In this document: piece by piece, positions 21,452-30,949 of the stretch
Layout of the letters: each line of letters begins with the position of its first letter
Position numbering within the stretch: position 1 is the stretch's first letter
Origin: an uncultured Spirochaetaceae bacterium
Lineage (GTDB): Bacteria > Spirochaetota > Spirochaetia > DSM-27196 > PWMO01
DNA length: 50,073 nucleotides
Assembly (NCBI GenBank): GCA_964616245.1
Contig: CAZTRQ010000003.1
Coordinates: 1-50,073, forward strand
Direction: 5' to 3'
Translations under genes and position numbers: made by a program
Notes under the pieces: generated by a model
Seen by the model: only the letters and a program-made list of their open reading frames with translations
The model's database searches: none
Told to the model about the DNA's origin: nothing

Positions 21452-22438
21452 TTAGCGAGGAACGATGAGGGGATCGGTTTCCGGCGTCTCGACTCGCCGA
21501 CGTGCCTTGGTTCCGGCAACCGAACCCTGGGGAGCCCGGGTCGCCACGAGCTGCCAGAGCTCTCTAAAGCGGACCGAAGCTCCCCGGAGCCGGAAGGACG
21601 CCTGGGCGAGACGTTCGAGAGAATCGTAGAACCCCGATGTAACAAGGTAGCGCTCTATTACCGAATACTCTTGGGCTACCGCGAGCATTTCGTCTAAGGA
21701 CTCGAACTGATAGAGAGGCCTGAACACCCGGAGCTCGTCCATAACGACGGTGACAATCTTTACCGTGGCCATAAGGTCGTGATCGAAGGCGGCTTCGTAA
21801 CGTCCCATGCCCAAGAACTGCCGGCCGAGGTCTTGGTTCGCGTCGATACTCGCGGTACCTCCCTGGCGGTAGAGCTGCAGGAGCCGGTCGATCCCCTCTT
21901 CCCAGAAGATACGTTGATAGTTATCGAGAAGCTCTCGGGTAGCGGATGAGTCGAGGGCGTCGACATCCTCCACGATGTTAAGCCATTGCTCTTGGGCCGA
22001 GCTACGCCGTTGCGACATCACGTAGACATCGGCTAACTCGTATCGAATCGCCCATTCGGTTTCAGGAATCGAGAGAAAAGCCGAGGAGTCGAGAGCACGC
22101 TGGTAGTGGCGCTCCGCGAGGGGAAGGTTTCCTTCGATCAGGTAGACCCGGGCCAGGCCGGCTTCGGCCTCGGGAAAGAGGCTCGCTTCGGTCTCGATTA
22201 CAACGCCCCGGTCCCTCAGCTCCGCTTCTCTGCGGGCAATCGCCCGGCGGAACATCCGAAGCGCGTCCCCGGGGTCGTTTAGACCTGCGGGAGCCACGGC
22301 GTCGTCCGGGGACGGCAGCAACTCGAGTCCCCGTTGGTAGAGGGCCCAGGCCGGTAGATTCTCGTCGAACTCCTGGGACTCCAAAGCCGCCACGGAAGCG
22401 AGAAAAATGAGAATAGCCGTAGAGAGACGACCCTTCAT
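21452..22438 (-). CDS. Exported helical (TPR-like) protein, function unknown
   Basis: The track ORF starts at a TTG (22465) that lies in the terminator U-tract. I prefer ATG 22438, giving [22 protein letters not shown], a clean signal peptide. The rest is helical repeat-like sequence. Confidence 0.6.
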   Translation of the reverse strand: MKGRLSTAILIFLASVAALESQEFDENLPAWALYQRGLELLPSPDDAVAPAGLNDPGDALRMFRRAIARREAELRDRGVVIETEASLFPEAEAGLARVYLIEGNLPLAERHYQRALDSSAFLSIPETEWAIRYELADVYVMSQRRSSAQEQWLNIVEDVDALDSSATRELLDNYQRIFWEEGIDRLLQLYRQGGTASIDANQDLGRQFLGMGRYEAAFDHDLMATVKIVTVVMDELRVFRPLYQFESLDEMLAVAQEYSVIERYLVTSGFYDSLERLAQASFRLRGASVRFRELWQLVATRAPQGSVAGTKARRRVETPETDPLIVPR

Positions 22439-22463
22439 ACCCTTAGTATCGGGTTTTGTGCAC

Positions 22464-22490
22464 AAAAAAGAACCGGCCGTCGGCCGGTTC
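22464..22490 (-). terminator. Rho-independent terminator after atpK
   Basis: On the minus strand: GAACCGGCC-gac-GGCCGGTTC (perfect 9-bp stem, 22470-22490) followed by TTTTTT (22464-22469). It starts 22 nt after the atpK stop. Confidence 0.65.
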
Positions 22491-22511
22491 TTCTTCCGGG
22501 AGCCCGTCCCG

Positions 22512-22946
22512 TTAGCCGACTATGCCCAACAGAAAGACCATTACAAACAGGGCGACGGTCTCTACCAGGCCGAGCACCATGATAAAGTTACCAAACCCCT
22601 TTCCGGTTTCGGCCAAGGCATCCGAGGCTACTGCTCCACACTTACCTTGAAACCATGCCGAGAAGCCCATCGCGATACCGCCGAGGACGCCGGCTCCGAG
22701 GAGCATACCGGTGTCGATTCCCGCCGCCGAGGCTTCCATCAAGGCGTTCATCAAGATGAAGCCGTAGATAGTCTGGGTCAGCGGCGCGCCGACGAAGGCA
22801 ACGAGGAGGAAGGGAGCCGGCCTGTTCTGGGCGAAACACTTCTTCCAGGCGCCGACGGCTGCCATACCTGCACTTCCCGCTCCGAGAGCGGATCCGATGG
22901 CGGCAAACGCAAGGGCCGCCCCAACTCCGATAAGACCGATGTTCAT
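22512..22946 (-). CDS. atpK: V-type ATPase proteolipid subunit K (c)
   Basis: 144 aa, four TM helices. Aligns by eye with Enterococcus hirae NtpK (PLTQTIYGF, FQGK, LVETVALF). SD AGGAG upstream. Confidence 0.9.
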   Translation of the reverse strand: MNIGLIGVGAALAFAAIGSALGAGSAGMAAVGAWKKCFAQNRPAPFLLVAFVGAPLTQTIYGFILMNALMEASAAGIDTGMLLGAGVLGGIAMGFSAWFQGKCGAVASDALAETGKGFGNFIMVLGLVETVALFVMVFLLGIVG

Positions 22947-22978
22947 CTATCCAACTCCTTTCGTATCTATAAAAGGGC

Positions 22979-24808
22979 TCAAGAAGCCGCCCGTTTGCCG
23001 AAGGGCCGGTACGGCGTACCTGTCCATTCCATTCCTAAGTGACCGGAAAATTCCAGCATATTCAGTCGCACGCCGTGAACCACCACCGAGAGGGCGCCCA
23101 TGACGAGGTTGAGAGAGTGTCCGAGGAGGAGCACCAGGATGCCGGCGATTATGCCGCCAATGCCGTCCATCATGCCCTCGGCCATTGAATTAAAACTCTT
23201 CGCAATCTCCACCGAGGCAAGCCCGACGGCGAAGAGACGGATGTACGAGATAATGTCCGAGAAGGCGCTCACACCGTCGAGGGCCGTGGTAATGAGCCCT
23301 GCGAATCCCTTGCCGATACCGACAAAGAAGTTCTGCCCCGGTTCCTGGCTTGAGAGGAGAATGACCGAACCGAAGCCGCCGATTATCAGGTAGAGAGCGT
23401 AGTCGACCATCGCCTGTCCGAGGACGACGTTGAGCACCAGGTGGTAGAGCCCCAGGACCATTACCAGCCAGCCGACCTGAGCGAAGGCCTTTATACCGGC
23501 CCTGCTCCGGAGCTCCGAGACGAAGTTCCAGAGATGGGCGATGGTCAAATGAACGGTGCCAAGGACAAAGCAGAGCCGTTGGATTAGCTCCGTGCTCCGT
23601 GGGTTAAAGCTCGAGAGCTCCGGAACCACCAGCGAGCTGAAACCCGGAAGGTCCGCGATCGGCTGATACCCGAACCAGGTACCCGTAACCGCACCCCAGG
23701 CGACTGTAGCCACAGACAGAACGCTCAAGAGCGCAACGCCCTCGGAGATCCCTCCGGTTTTCTTTATGCTACCGATTACCGCCGGAATGCTCAGTCCTAA
23801 CAGCACCAACCCGTAACCCCCGTCCCCAATGATCATCGCGAAGAAGATCGTAAAGAACAGAAGGAACCAGAAGCTTATATCCCGCTCCCGGTAGCCCGGC
23901 GTTGTGCCCATAAGCTCGAAGACGGGTTGGATTATTCTTACCGGCTTGGGGTTCTTGACCTTGGTCGGAACGCTCTCCTCCGGGTCCGGATCTCGAATTA
24001 GGACTCCCCAGCCGTGCTCAGCGGCTTCCTTCCGGAAATCGTCTATCTCTCCCTCCGGGATGTAGCCGGTCACGACCACAACCTGGTCCATCCGGTCCAT
24101 GCCGTCGTGAACCCGGTCGAAGTCTATCTGGGCATCGATTTCTTCGAGAACCCGTTCGAGGGCCCTCCGAGAGCGTGCCTTCTCGAGAAGCGCAGCTTGG
24201 ATGTGCTCCTGACGGTTCCGGAGCTCCGAAATCTGGTTTCCCAGCTCCGCCGCGCTCCTCTCCGGGGTCGGCATCGCTTCGATATCCGGCGCCGCCTCCC
24301 GTTCCCGACGAATTGTCACCGCGTAAACCAGGCTCGAAGTACGGCTAATAATATGGAGATCCTCGACGGAGGTGGACTTTATCTCTTTTTCCGTCAGGAG
24401 GTGAAACCGTACCACCAGCCCGGCGTCCGATAGCTGTTCAACGAGGCGGACGTCGAAGTCGCCCCAGGGTTCCAGGCGCGCCGCTTCCTTTCCCAGTCGC
24501 TCGAGATTCTCTTCGACCTCTCGCCGCTCCTCGAGAAGCTCGGCGATCGACTGTGCTTCCGCGAGCCCTTGGTCGATGCTCAAGGCAACAGAGACCTGAT
24601 CCTCTTCGTCGACGCCGATCTCTTCCGCCGGAAGAGCCAACACGGAGCGCTCTATTCGGGCTCGGTGCTGAAGGAGGGTCTCGACGCTTTTGCTTTCTAT
24701 GTCCTCGAGCTGTACGTGCAGGACTCCAAGATCCCGGAGCTCTGCAACCGTCCCTCCCCGCTGCGATTCCAGCGAGAGAACGGAAATCTTCTTCATTCGC
24801 TCAATCAT
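22979..24808 (-). CDS. atpI: V-type ATPase subunit I (a)
   Basis: 609 aa. Soluble coiled N-terminal half followed by a multi-TM C-terminal half with the conserved region ...RLFAVGLASV.... Operon position between D and K. Confidence 0.9.
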   Translation of the reverse strand: MIERMKKISVLSLESQRGGTVAELRDLGVLHVQLEDIESKSVETLLQHRARIERSVLALPAEEIGVDEEDQVSVALSIDQGLAEAQSIAELLEERREVEENLERLGKEAARLEPWGDFDVRLVEQLSDAGLVVRFHLLTEKEIKSTSVEDLHIISRTSSLVYAVTIRREREAAPDIEAMPTPERSAAELGNQISELRNRQEHIQAALLEKARSRRALERVLEEIDAQIDFDRVHDGMDRMDQVVVVTGYIPEGEIDDFRKEAAEHGWGVLIRDPDPEESVPTKVKNPKPVRIIQPVFELMGTTPGYRERDISFWFLLFFTIFFAMIIGDGGYGLVLLGLSIPAVIGSIKKTGGISEGVALLSVLSVATVAWGAVTGTWFGYQPIADLPGFSSLVVPELSSFNPRSTELIQRLCFVLGTVHLTIAHLWNFVSELRSRAGIKAFAQVGWLVMVLGLYHLVLNVVLGQAMVDYALYLIIGGFGSVILLSSQEPGQNFFVGIGKGFAGLITTALDGVSAFSDIISYIRLFAVGLASVEIAKSFNSMAEGMMDGIGGIIAGILVLLLGHSLNLVMGALSVVVHGVRLNMLEFSGHLGMEWTGTPYRPFGKRAAS

Positions 24809-24810
24809 GA

Positions 24811-25404
24811 CTACACCTCGACGAGATTGCTCTTCGCAATCTTGCCCCGCACGACCGCCGCGGTCTGTTGATCTCCGAGATAGATCCTGATTCTTCGGAT
24901 ACTTTCTTTGGTTTCCGGTATCTTGACCTTTTCGAAGAGATTAACCCGCTGGGTCGTAATGCGAAGCTCGTCGGACACCAGAGCGCGCTGCCGGTTTAGG
25001 ATCTCGACTTCGATATCGAGGGCGATGAGCTCCTTCACCGAAGAAACAGCCTGATCCACCCAGAGGGGTAAGGCAAAGAGGTCCCACCGCTTCTCTTCGA
25101 AGTGGGCGGCCTTGTACACCGGAATGTCGATACCCGCGATGTTGCCTACGTCGGTCTCGACACTCTTAAGGGCAACCAGACTCTCGAGGTCCACGTCCTC
25201 GGCGAAAACGCCGACCCACAGACGGAGGTCGTCTCGGTACCGGTCTCGCTTGGCCTTCTGCTCGGCGATGGCCGCCTCGATCTGCCGCAACACCATCTGA
25301 AGCTGCTGCTTCTTAAGAATGAGCGTCGGCAGATAGCGCTGGAACCGCTTAAGCTGGTCCCGTTGCTTCTTCAGTTCATTCTTCGTCAGCTTGACCTTTG
25401 CCAC
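24811..25404 (-). CDS. atpD: V-type ATPase subunit D
   Basis: 197 aa. Coiled-coil protein starting MAKVKLTKNELKKQRDQLKRFQRYLPTL, typical of V/A-type D subunits. GTG start. Confidence 0.9.
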   Translation of the reverse strand: MAKVKLTKNELKKQRDQLKRFQRYLPTLILKKQQLQMVLRQIEAAIAEQKAKRDRYRDDLRLWVGVFAEDVDLESLVALKSVETDVGNIAGIDIPVYKAAHFEEKRWDLFALPLWVDQAVSSVKELIALDIEVEILNRQRALVSDELRITTQRVNLFEKVKIPETKESIRRIRIYLGDQQTAAVVRGKIAKSNLVEV

Positions 25405-25405
25405 G

Positions 25406-26719
25406 TTACACCGCTTCCTGGGCCTGGTTTTTGGGCCAGAACTCGCCTAACAGCTCGGTCCGGAAACCCGTTTCGTCCGGCTCGAAGCTATCCGCGAGAA
25501 TCGCCCACCCTCGGTCGAGAGCCTCTTCGAGGGGAATGTTCACACTCAAGTCCATCATTTCCCGCTCGAAGGCCTCGCCGTACTTCAACAGCTTGTCGTC
25601 CCACTCGGTCATCCGGAAACCCATCGACTTCTTTTCCAAGGATTCCTTGTAGGCGGCGTAGAGCTTGATCATGCCGTCCATAAGGGCCCGGTGGTCTTTT
25701 CGGGTATCCGCGTTTACCTGCTGCTTGAGGCGAGAGAGGGAGCCGAAGGGTTCGATACGGCCGTTTCTGAGGTAGTACTGCCCCTCGGTAATGTACCCCG
25801 TGTTGTCCGGAACAGGGTGGGTTACGTCGTCTCCGGGCATGGTGGTTACGGCTAGGATGGTGATGGAGCCTGCGCCCTCGAAGTCGACGGCCTTCTCGTA
25901 CCGGGCCGCGAGCTGGCTGTAGAGGTCCCCGGGATACCCCCGGTTCGACGGAACCTGCTCCTGGGTGATGGCGATCTCCTTCATGGAGTCGGCGAAGTTG
26001 GTCATGTCCGTCAAAAGGACAAGGACACGGCTTCCCTTTAGGGCAAAACGCTCGGCGACCGCCAAGGAGATATCGGGAACCAGAAGGCTCTCGACAATCG
26101 GGTCCGCCGCGGTGTGGACGAAGAGGATGGCCCGGGAGAGGGCCCCGCCCTCTTCCAAGGTATCCCGGAAAAAGAGGTAGTCGTCGTGCTTCAGACCGAT
26201 GCCGCCGAGGATAATGATGTCGACTTCGGCCTGCATCGCGATCCGGGCCAAGAGCTCGTTGTAGGGCTCCCCGGAGACGGAAAAGATCGGAAGCTTCTGC
26301 GATTCGACCAGGGTGTTAAAGAGGTCGATCATCGGGATACCGGTCCGAATCATGTTCCGGGGAATAATCCGCATCGCCGGGTTGACCGAGGGGCCCCCGA
26401 TCTCGATAAGGTTTTCCTCGAGGGTCGGACCGTTGTCCCGGGGTTTCCCGCCACCGTCGAAGATCCGGCCCCGAAGGTTGTCGGAAAACGACACCTGCAT
26501 CGGGTGACCGAGAAAGCGGACCTCGTCTCCGGTCGAGATACCTCGACCGCCGGCGAAGACTTGCATCGACACCTTGTCGTTGTTAAGTCGGATTACTTCG
26601 GCGAAACTCACTCCGTGGCGGGAGGTAACGGTCGCCAAATCGCCGTACCGGACATCTTCCGCCGAGACGGTGATGACGTTTCCTGCAATCGACTCGATTT
26701 TGCTGTATACCTTCTTCAT
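25406..26719 (-). CDS. atpB: V-type ATPase subunit B
   Basis: 437 aa. Non-catalytic alpha/beta-type fold ([33 protein letters not shown]). Confidence 0.95.
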   Translation of the reverse strand: MKKVYSKIESIAGNVITVSAEDVRYGDLATVTSRHGVSFAEVIRLNNDKVSMQVFAGGRGISTGDEVRFLGHPMQVSFSDNLRGRIFDGGGKPRDNGPTLEENLIEIGGPSVNPAMRIIPRNMIRTGIPMIDLFNTLVESQKLPIFSVSGEPYNELLARIAMQAEVDIIILGGIGLKHDDYLFFRDTLEEGGALSRAILFVHTAADPIVESLLVPDISLAVAERFALKGSRVLVLLTDMTNFADSMKEIAITQEQVPSNRGYPGDLYSQLAARYEKAVDFEGAGSITILAVTTMPGDDVTHPVPDNTGYITEGQYYLRNGRIEPFGSLSRLKQQVNADTRKDHRALMDGMIKLYAAYKESLEKKSMGFRMTEWDDKLLKYGEAFEREMMDLSVNIPLEEALDRGWAILADSFEPDETGFRTELLGEFWPKNQAQEAV

Positions 26720-26730
26720 AGTTTCCGTCC

Positions 26731-28488
26731 TTACTGGAGCGTCCGGGCATCGCTCTCGATACCGGATCGCTTACCCTCGACAAGCCCCTTAATCTCTTCT
26801 TCGATGCGCTTAAAGTCGTCTGACTCCCATTCGGCGCCGTTGTAGTCGAGGAAGCGCTGCCGAAGCTGGTTGAAGAAGCCTCTGGCCTCTTCCTTCGTCG
26901 GCAAGTCGAACTTGGCCGCGAGTATGTAGAAGATGATGTCGAAGACGTGGCGCTGGCGGTCGATTCCGACGGCGGCGTCGACGGGGTCAAAGGCGTTCTG
27001 CTGCAGATAGACGTCGTCGAGGAAATCCGACTTCATGTAGAGGATGTAATCTTCGGTACTCGTCCCCTCTTCGCCGACGACCTTCATCATCTGTCCGACT
27101 TCGTCTCCCCGGAAGAGGACGCTGCGGCAATACTCGACGCGGTCGAAGTCGACGACGCTCTCGTACTTGCTCCAGCTTTCGAGTGGGTGGATCGACGGGT
27201 ACTTACGGGCGTCTGAGCGCTCCCGGGAGAGTCCGTGAAAGGCTCCGACAACCTTTAGCGTCGCCTGGGTGACCGGCTCTTCGAAGTTACCACCGGCGGG
27301 GCTTACGGTACCACCGATAGTGACACTTCCGGTTCCGCCGTCCCGGAGGCGTACGACGCCGGCACGTTCGTAGAAGCTCGCGATGACCGATTCAAGGTAG
27401 GCCGGAAAGGCCTCTTCGCCGGGGATCTCTTCGAGACGCCCGGACATTTCCCGCATCGCTTGGGCCCATCGGGAGGTCGAGTCGGCGAGGAGCAGAACGT
27501 TCAACCCCATCTGCCGGTAGTACTCCGCCAAGGTAACCGCGGTGTAGACCGACGCTTCCCGGGCGGCGACGGGCATCGAGCTCGTGTTACAGATGATGAC
27601 GGTCCGCTCCATCAGCGTTCGCCCGGTTCGCGGGTCGATCAGCTCCGGGAACTCCCGTAGGGTTTCGACTACCTCACCGGCCCGCTCGCCGCAGGCTGCG
27701 ACAATGACGATGTCCACGTCGGCGTTTCGGCTGGTTATCTGCTGAAGAACCGTTTTTCCCGCCCCAAAGGGACCGGGTATACAGTAAGTTCCGCCCCGGG
27801 CGACGGGGAAGAAGGTGTCCATTATCCGCACCTTGGTAACCATCGGCTCCGTCGGCTTGAGACGCTCTTCGTAGACATCGATGGCCCGTTTTACCGGCCA
27901 CTCGAAACTCATCGTGAGCTCTCGGACGTTTCCACGCTCGTCTTCGATCTCGCAGATCTTGTCGGTAATGACGTAATCGCCCTCGGGAACGATGCTCTTG
28001 ACGGAGTAGCTTCCCTGAAGGCCGAAGGGCACCATAATCCGGTGCTCGAAAATGCCCTCGGGAACGCTCCCGATGGCGTCCCCCCGGAAAACACGGTCAC
28101 CGGCGGATACCTTCGGGGTAAAATGCCACTTCTGCGTCTTGTCGAGGGCTTCGAGGTAGAGTCCCCTCTCCAAAAAGAAACCGCTCTGCTCTGCGAGCTC
28201 TGGTAGGGGGTTTTGAAGACCGTCGTAGACCTTACCGAGGAGGCCGGGGCCTACCTCGACGGCGAGCATCTCCTCGGTAAACTCGACAGGGTCTCCGACA
28301 CCGATACCCCGGGTCATCTCGAAGACCTGAATCTCCGCCTGGTCTCCCCGGATTCGGATAATTTCGGACTTTAGACGCTTGTCACCGACGACGACGTACC
28401 CGACTTCGTTCAGGGAAATTTCGCCGTCGACTTTAACGCTGACCATATTTCCATTTACACCGACAACTGTTCCTGCCGTTTGTGCCAT
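26731..28488 (-). CDS. atpA: V-type ATPase catalytic subunit A
   Basis: 585 aa. Walker [10 protein letters not shown]. Also [17 protein letters not shown] and the non-homologous insert typical of A subunits. Confidence 0.96.
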   Translation of the reverse strand: MAQTAGTVVGVNGNMVSVKVDGEISLNEVGYVVVGDKRLKSEIIRIRGDQAEIQVFEMTRGIGVGDPVEFTEEMLAVEVGPGLLGKVYDGLQNPLPELAEQSGFFLERGLYLEALDKTQKWHFTPKVSAGDRVFRGDAIGSVPEGIFEHRIMVPFGLQGSYSVKSIVPEGDYVITDKICEIEDERGNVRELTMSFEWPVKRAIDVYEERLKPTEPMVTKVRIMDTFFPVARGGTYCIPGPFGAGKTVLQQITSRNADVDIVIVAACGERAGEVVETLREFPELIDPRTGRTLMERTVIICNTSSMPVAAREASVYTAVTLAEYYRQMGLNVLLLADSTSRWAQAMREMSGRLEEIPGEEAFPAYLESVIASFYERAGVVRLRDGGTGSVTIGGTVSPAGGNFEEPVTQATLKVVGAFHGLSRERSDARKYPSIHPLESWSKYESVVDFDRVEYCRSVLFRGDEVGQMMKVVGEEGTSTEDYILYMKSDFLDDVYLQQNAFDPVDAAVGIDRQRHVFDIIFYILAAKFDLPTKEEARGFFNQLRQRFLDYNGAEWESDDFKRIEEEIKGLVEGKRSGIESDARTLQ

Positions 28489-28494
28489 TCGCTC

Positions 28495-29079
28495 TTACTC
28501 CGTTTCTTGGTTGAATGCGGTCGCGAGTCCCGCGCTTCGAATTTCCTCATAGCCGGCATCGAAGGTTTCCTGCCCCGTTTCGGAGCTAATGCGTTCCTTC
28601 CGCCAGAGAAGCTGAAGCTTCAGGTAATAGATCTGTAGCTTGGTCACGTCGAAATAGTGTCCGACTTCGAGCTCGTCAAGAAGATCCCACCGGTAACGGT
28701 CCAAGGCAAGCTCCGATTTCAAGGGATCCCCGGCAGCGACCGCGGCGCGAACGACCTCTTCTACCCGGGGAAGGTCCGTCCAGGTCCGACCGGCGGAGTC
28801 CCGGTGAAGGTAGTCGTCCTCGTCCCACCCGAGGCCCGCAGCTCGCAGGGATACCAGCGAGTTACGAAGCCCGAGCTCCTGGACAAACCATCCGCTCCCC
28901 AAGGGAGTCGAGGCGGCAACGGATTCGTCCATCAGAAGCCGGGTAGCTTCGAGGGCGGCGAAGTCCGAGGCGGTCAATTGATCCCGGCAGAAGTCGAGAA
29001 AGAACTCTTCGCTCTGGGAAGGGTCGCCCTCGAAAAAGAGCATCGGGAGCGTTGATACCGCGTAGTAATACTGCGCCAC
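28495..29079 (-). CDS. DUF2764-type protein of V-ATPase operons (possible C/d-subunit substitute)
   Basis: 194 aa. N-terminus MAQYYYAVSTLPMLFF matches my memory of the DUF2764 family found between E and A in spirochaete, chlamydial and Bacteroidetes V-ATPase operons. GTG start sharing one nt with the atpE stop (TAGTG). Confidence 0.7.
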   Translation of the reverse strand: MAQYYYAVSTLPMLFFEGDPSQSEEFFLDFCRDQLTASDFAALEATRLLMDESVAASTPLGSGWFVQELGLRNSLVSLRAAGLGWDEDDYLHRDSAGRTWTDLPRVEEVVRAAVAAGDPLKSELALDRYRWDLLDELEVGHYFDVTKLQIYYLKLQLLWRKERISSETGQETFDAGYEEIRSAGLATAFNQETE

Positions 29080-29687
29080 TACTCGCTCTCTCCCCGGATA
29101 AGGGAGGCCAAGCGTGGATTCAGAAAGGCGCTCAAGGCCTCGGCAATTCCTTCGGCAGAGAAATCGTAGTACGCCTGCCCCTGTTTTTCGGAGAGACGGA
29201 ATCCGCTGTCGAGGCCTCCGGCCAACCGGATCTCAACCCCTTCGCCTATTGCGTCCCCGAGGCGGCCCCGAAGGCTCGTTTCGATGCGGTCGAGGTCTTC
29301 CTTCGAGAGCAATACCTCTAGTTTCTCTGCTTCCGCCTTTGGGAATCCAGAGACGATGCCGACGATGGCATCCTGGAGCACCTTCTCGTCGTAGGCAGAC
29401 GAAACGGTGTCCCGAACGATCCGATCGAAGATCTTGCCGATCTGAGATTCGAGAGAAAGAACCAAGTCGCGCCCAGCCTGACGGATTGCGTCCTTCGCGG
29501 TGGCTTCGAGGCGGCTGGCCTCGCTCTTGGCTTTTTCCACTATGCCCTTCGCCTGGGTATCGGCATCGGAGACAATCTGGGCGGCTTCCTTGCGAGCATC
29601 GTCGAGGATGCTCTCGGATTCCTGCTTCGCCTTCTCGATGCCTTCTTTCTTAATCGACTCTAAGAGTTCCTGTAATTGGGCGTCCAT
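29079..29687 (-). CDS. atpE: V-type ATPase subunit E
   Basis: 202 aa. Long charged N-terminal helix (LQELLESIKKEGIEKAKQESESILDDARKEAAQI...) plus a globular C-terminal part. First gene of the operon. Confidence 0.8.
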   Translation of the reverse strand: MDAQLQELLESIKKEGIEKAKQESESILDDARKEAAQIVSDADTQAKGIVEKAKSEASRLEATAKDAIRQAGRDLVLSLESQIGKIFDRIVRDTVSSAYDEKVLQDAIVGIVSGFPKAEAEKLEVLLSKEDLDRIETSLRGRLGDAIGEGVEIRLAGGLDSGFRLSEKQGQAYYDFSAEGIAEALSAFLNPRLASLIRGESE

Positions 29688-29736
29688 AGATACCTATTCC
29701 TTTCAAAGCATCATCTATCTACAAAATGTTAAGGGC

Positions 29737-29765
29737 AGTGTAGCCCATAGAGTCCTACAGTTCAA
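29737..29765 (-). promoter_or_regulatory. Candidate promoter of the V-ATPase operon (TTGAAC-N17-TACACT on the minus strand)
   Basis: Located in the AT-richer 121-nt spacer upstream of atpE. -35 at 29760-29765 and -10 at 29737-29742. AAAGGAATAGG lies ahead of the ATG. Confidence 0.3.
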
Positions 29766-29808
29766 GACGTTACCCGCCGAATTCGTCCCCAAAAGAACGA
29801 TTCTGCGG

Positions 29809-30207
29809 TCAAACTCGTCCCAGGCTCAGGTCGCCGTGGATCTTAAAGACCCTACGGTCCCGGGACACCGCGAGGTCCCGGTGAGGGAAGTAGGCCGGAA
29901 GGAGCTCCCGAATTTTTTCGACGGCAACGTCCATGACCTCTTCGCGTTCCTCCGCTGGGATCCTCTCGAGCGTAACCATCCGAACGTCGACGACGTAGCC
30001 TCTTCCGAGTCGGCTTCCGTAGCCGGCGGAAAAGGAAGCCCCAACGTCGAAGAGCCCATCCTGGGCGTAGTAGGACGTCGTGCCTCGCGGAGGCCGCGCC
30101 GGGTGGAGGCTGTACCGATCCCCGAACCGGTCCTCCAGATAGGCGTCGACCTCTCCGAAGAGATGCCTTAGAGTTACCTCGATCTTTCTCGACGCGTGGT
30201 GCTGCAC
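29809..30207 (-). CDS. Hypothetical cytoplasmic protein, no family recognised
   Basis: 132 aa. Strong GC3 coding signal. GTG start 1 nt after the stop of the upstream lipoprotein gene. No TM segment or signal peptide. Confidence 0.55.
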   Translation of the reverse strand: MQHHASRKIEVTLRHLFGEVDAYLEDRFGDRYSLHPARPPRGTTSYYAQDGLFDVGASFSAGYGSRLGRGYVVDVRMVTLERIPAEEREEVMDVAVEKIRELLPAYFPHRDLAVSRDRRVFKIHGDLSLGRV

Positions 30208-30208
30208 C

Positions 30209-30871
30209 CTACCAAGCTACTTCCCACACTACCGGTCCGCCTACTCGAATCAACTCTACAAGTCGTACGTCGACGACGGCTTCTCGTCCGTTCCCGGAAA
30301 TTTCTCCCATGTTGACCGACCGGATTCGGGAAGGGGCGGTAATCCGGTGGACAAACCGAACCTCGTTCCAGAACTCTTCCACCATTTCGCTGTCCACGGC
30401 TCCTTCGAAACCGGAGAAAAGCGGCTGTCGGAAGAGCGTTCCTTCGGAGTCGGATCCTCCACCGTCGGAAACAAGAGCATCCGAAGGAAGGCTTAAGACC
30501 CCGGACAGGCCGTCTACCGTCGAGAAGTTAAACTTCGCCTCGACGATCACCACGCCGTCCCGCCGTTTGGTGTCGTAGGAAGCCAGCTCGACGCCATCGT
30601 TAGCGAGGGCCGAGAGCTCGAAGTCTCTCCGGCTCAGGGGAAGAACTCGGCGAGTGCTTTCCGCGTCGAAGACTCCGTAGTCGTAGAGCTCCTCGGAGAC
30701 CGTGTAGACCACGCTGAGTCGCCCGGAGCCGTCATCGTTGAAGCTGATCGTCGACTCTAACGTCAGACAACCGGAAAGGAGAAAGACGCCCAAGAGAACG
30801 AGGGCTAAACGAATCGACGAGGTGCGAAGGGTCACGCAGGAACAGTAGCCTTTCCGTCGCCATTCTTTCAA
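30209..30871 (-). CDS. Putative lipoprotein, function unknown
   Basis: Lipobox LLSGC. The track start is TTG 30871. An internal GTG at 30835 would give MTLRTSSIRLALVLLGVFLLSGC, an ideal lipoprotein signal. The mature part is beta-rich (ISFNDDGSGRLSVVYTVS). Confidence 0.6.
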   Translation of the reverse strand: MKEWRRKGYCSCVTLRTSSIRLALVLLGVFLLSGCLTLESTISFNDDGSGRLSVVYTVSEELYDYGVFDAESTRRVLPLSRRDFELSALANDGVELASYDTKRRDGVVIVEAKFNFSTVDGLSGVLSLPSDALVSDGGGSDSEGTLFRQPLFSGFEGAVDSEMVEEFWNEVRFVHRITAPSRIRSVNMGEISGNGREAVVDVRLVELIRVGGPVVWEVAW

Positions 30872-30949
30872 GCCGCAGGGGGGGCTGCAGGGGAGGCGTT
30901 GCCGGCGGCGGGTCCCGGCGGCAGGTACGGTCGCAGGATCGGGCCCGGT

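Noticed and set aside
30872-30949. GC-rich 78-nt spacer after mutS2 with the repeated GCCGCCGG and a PstI-like palindrome, considered as a terminator or small RNA.
   Set aside because: The repeats are direct rather than inverted. The best stem is about 4 bp, and there is no U-tract.
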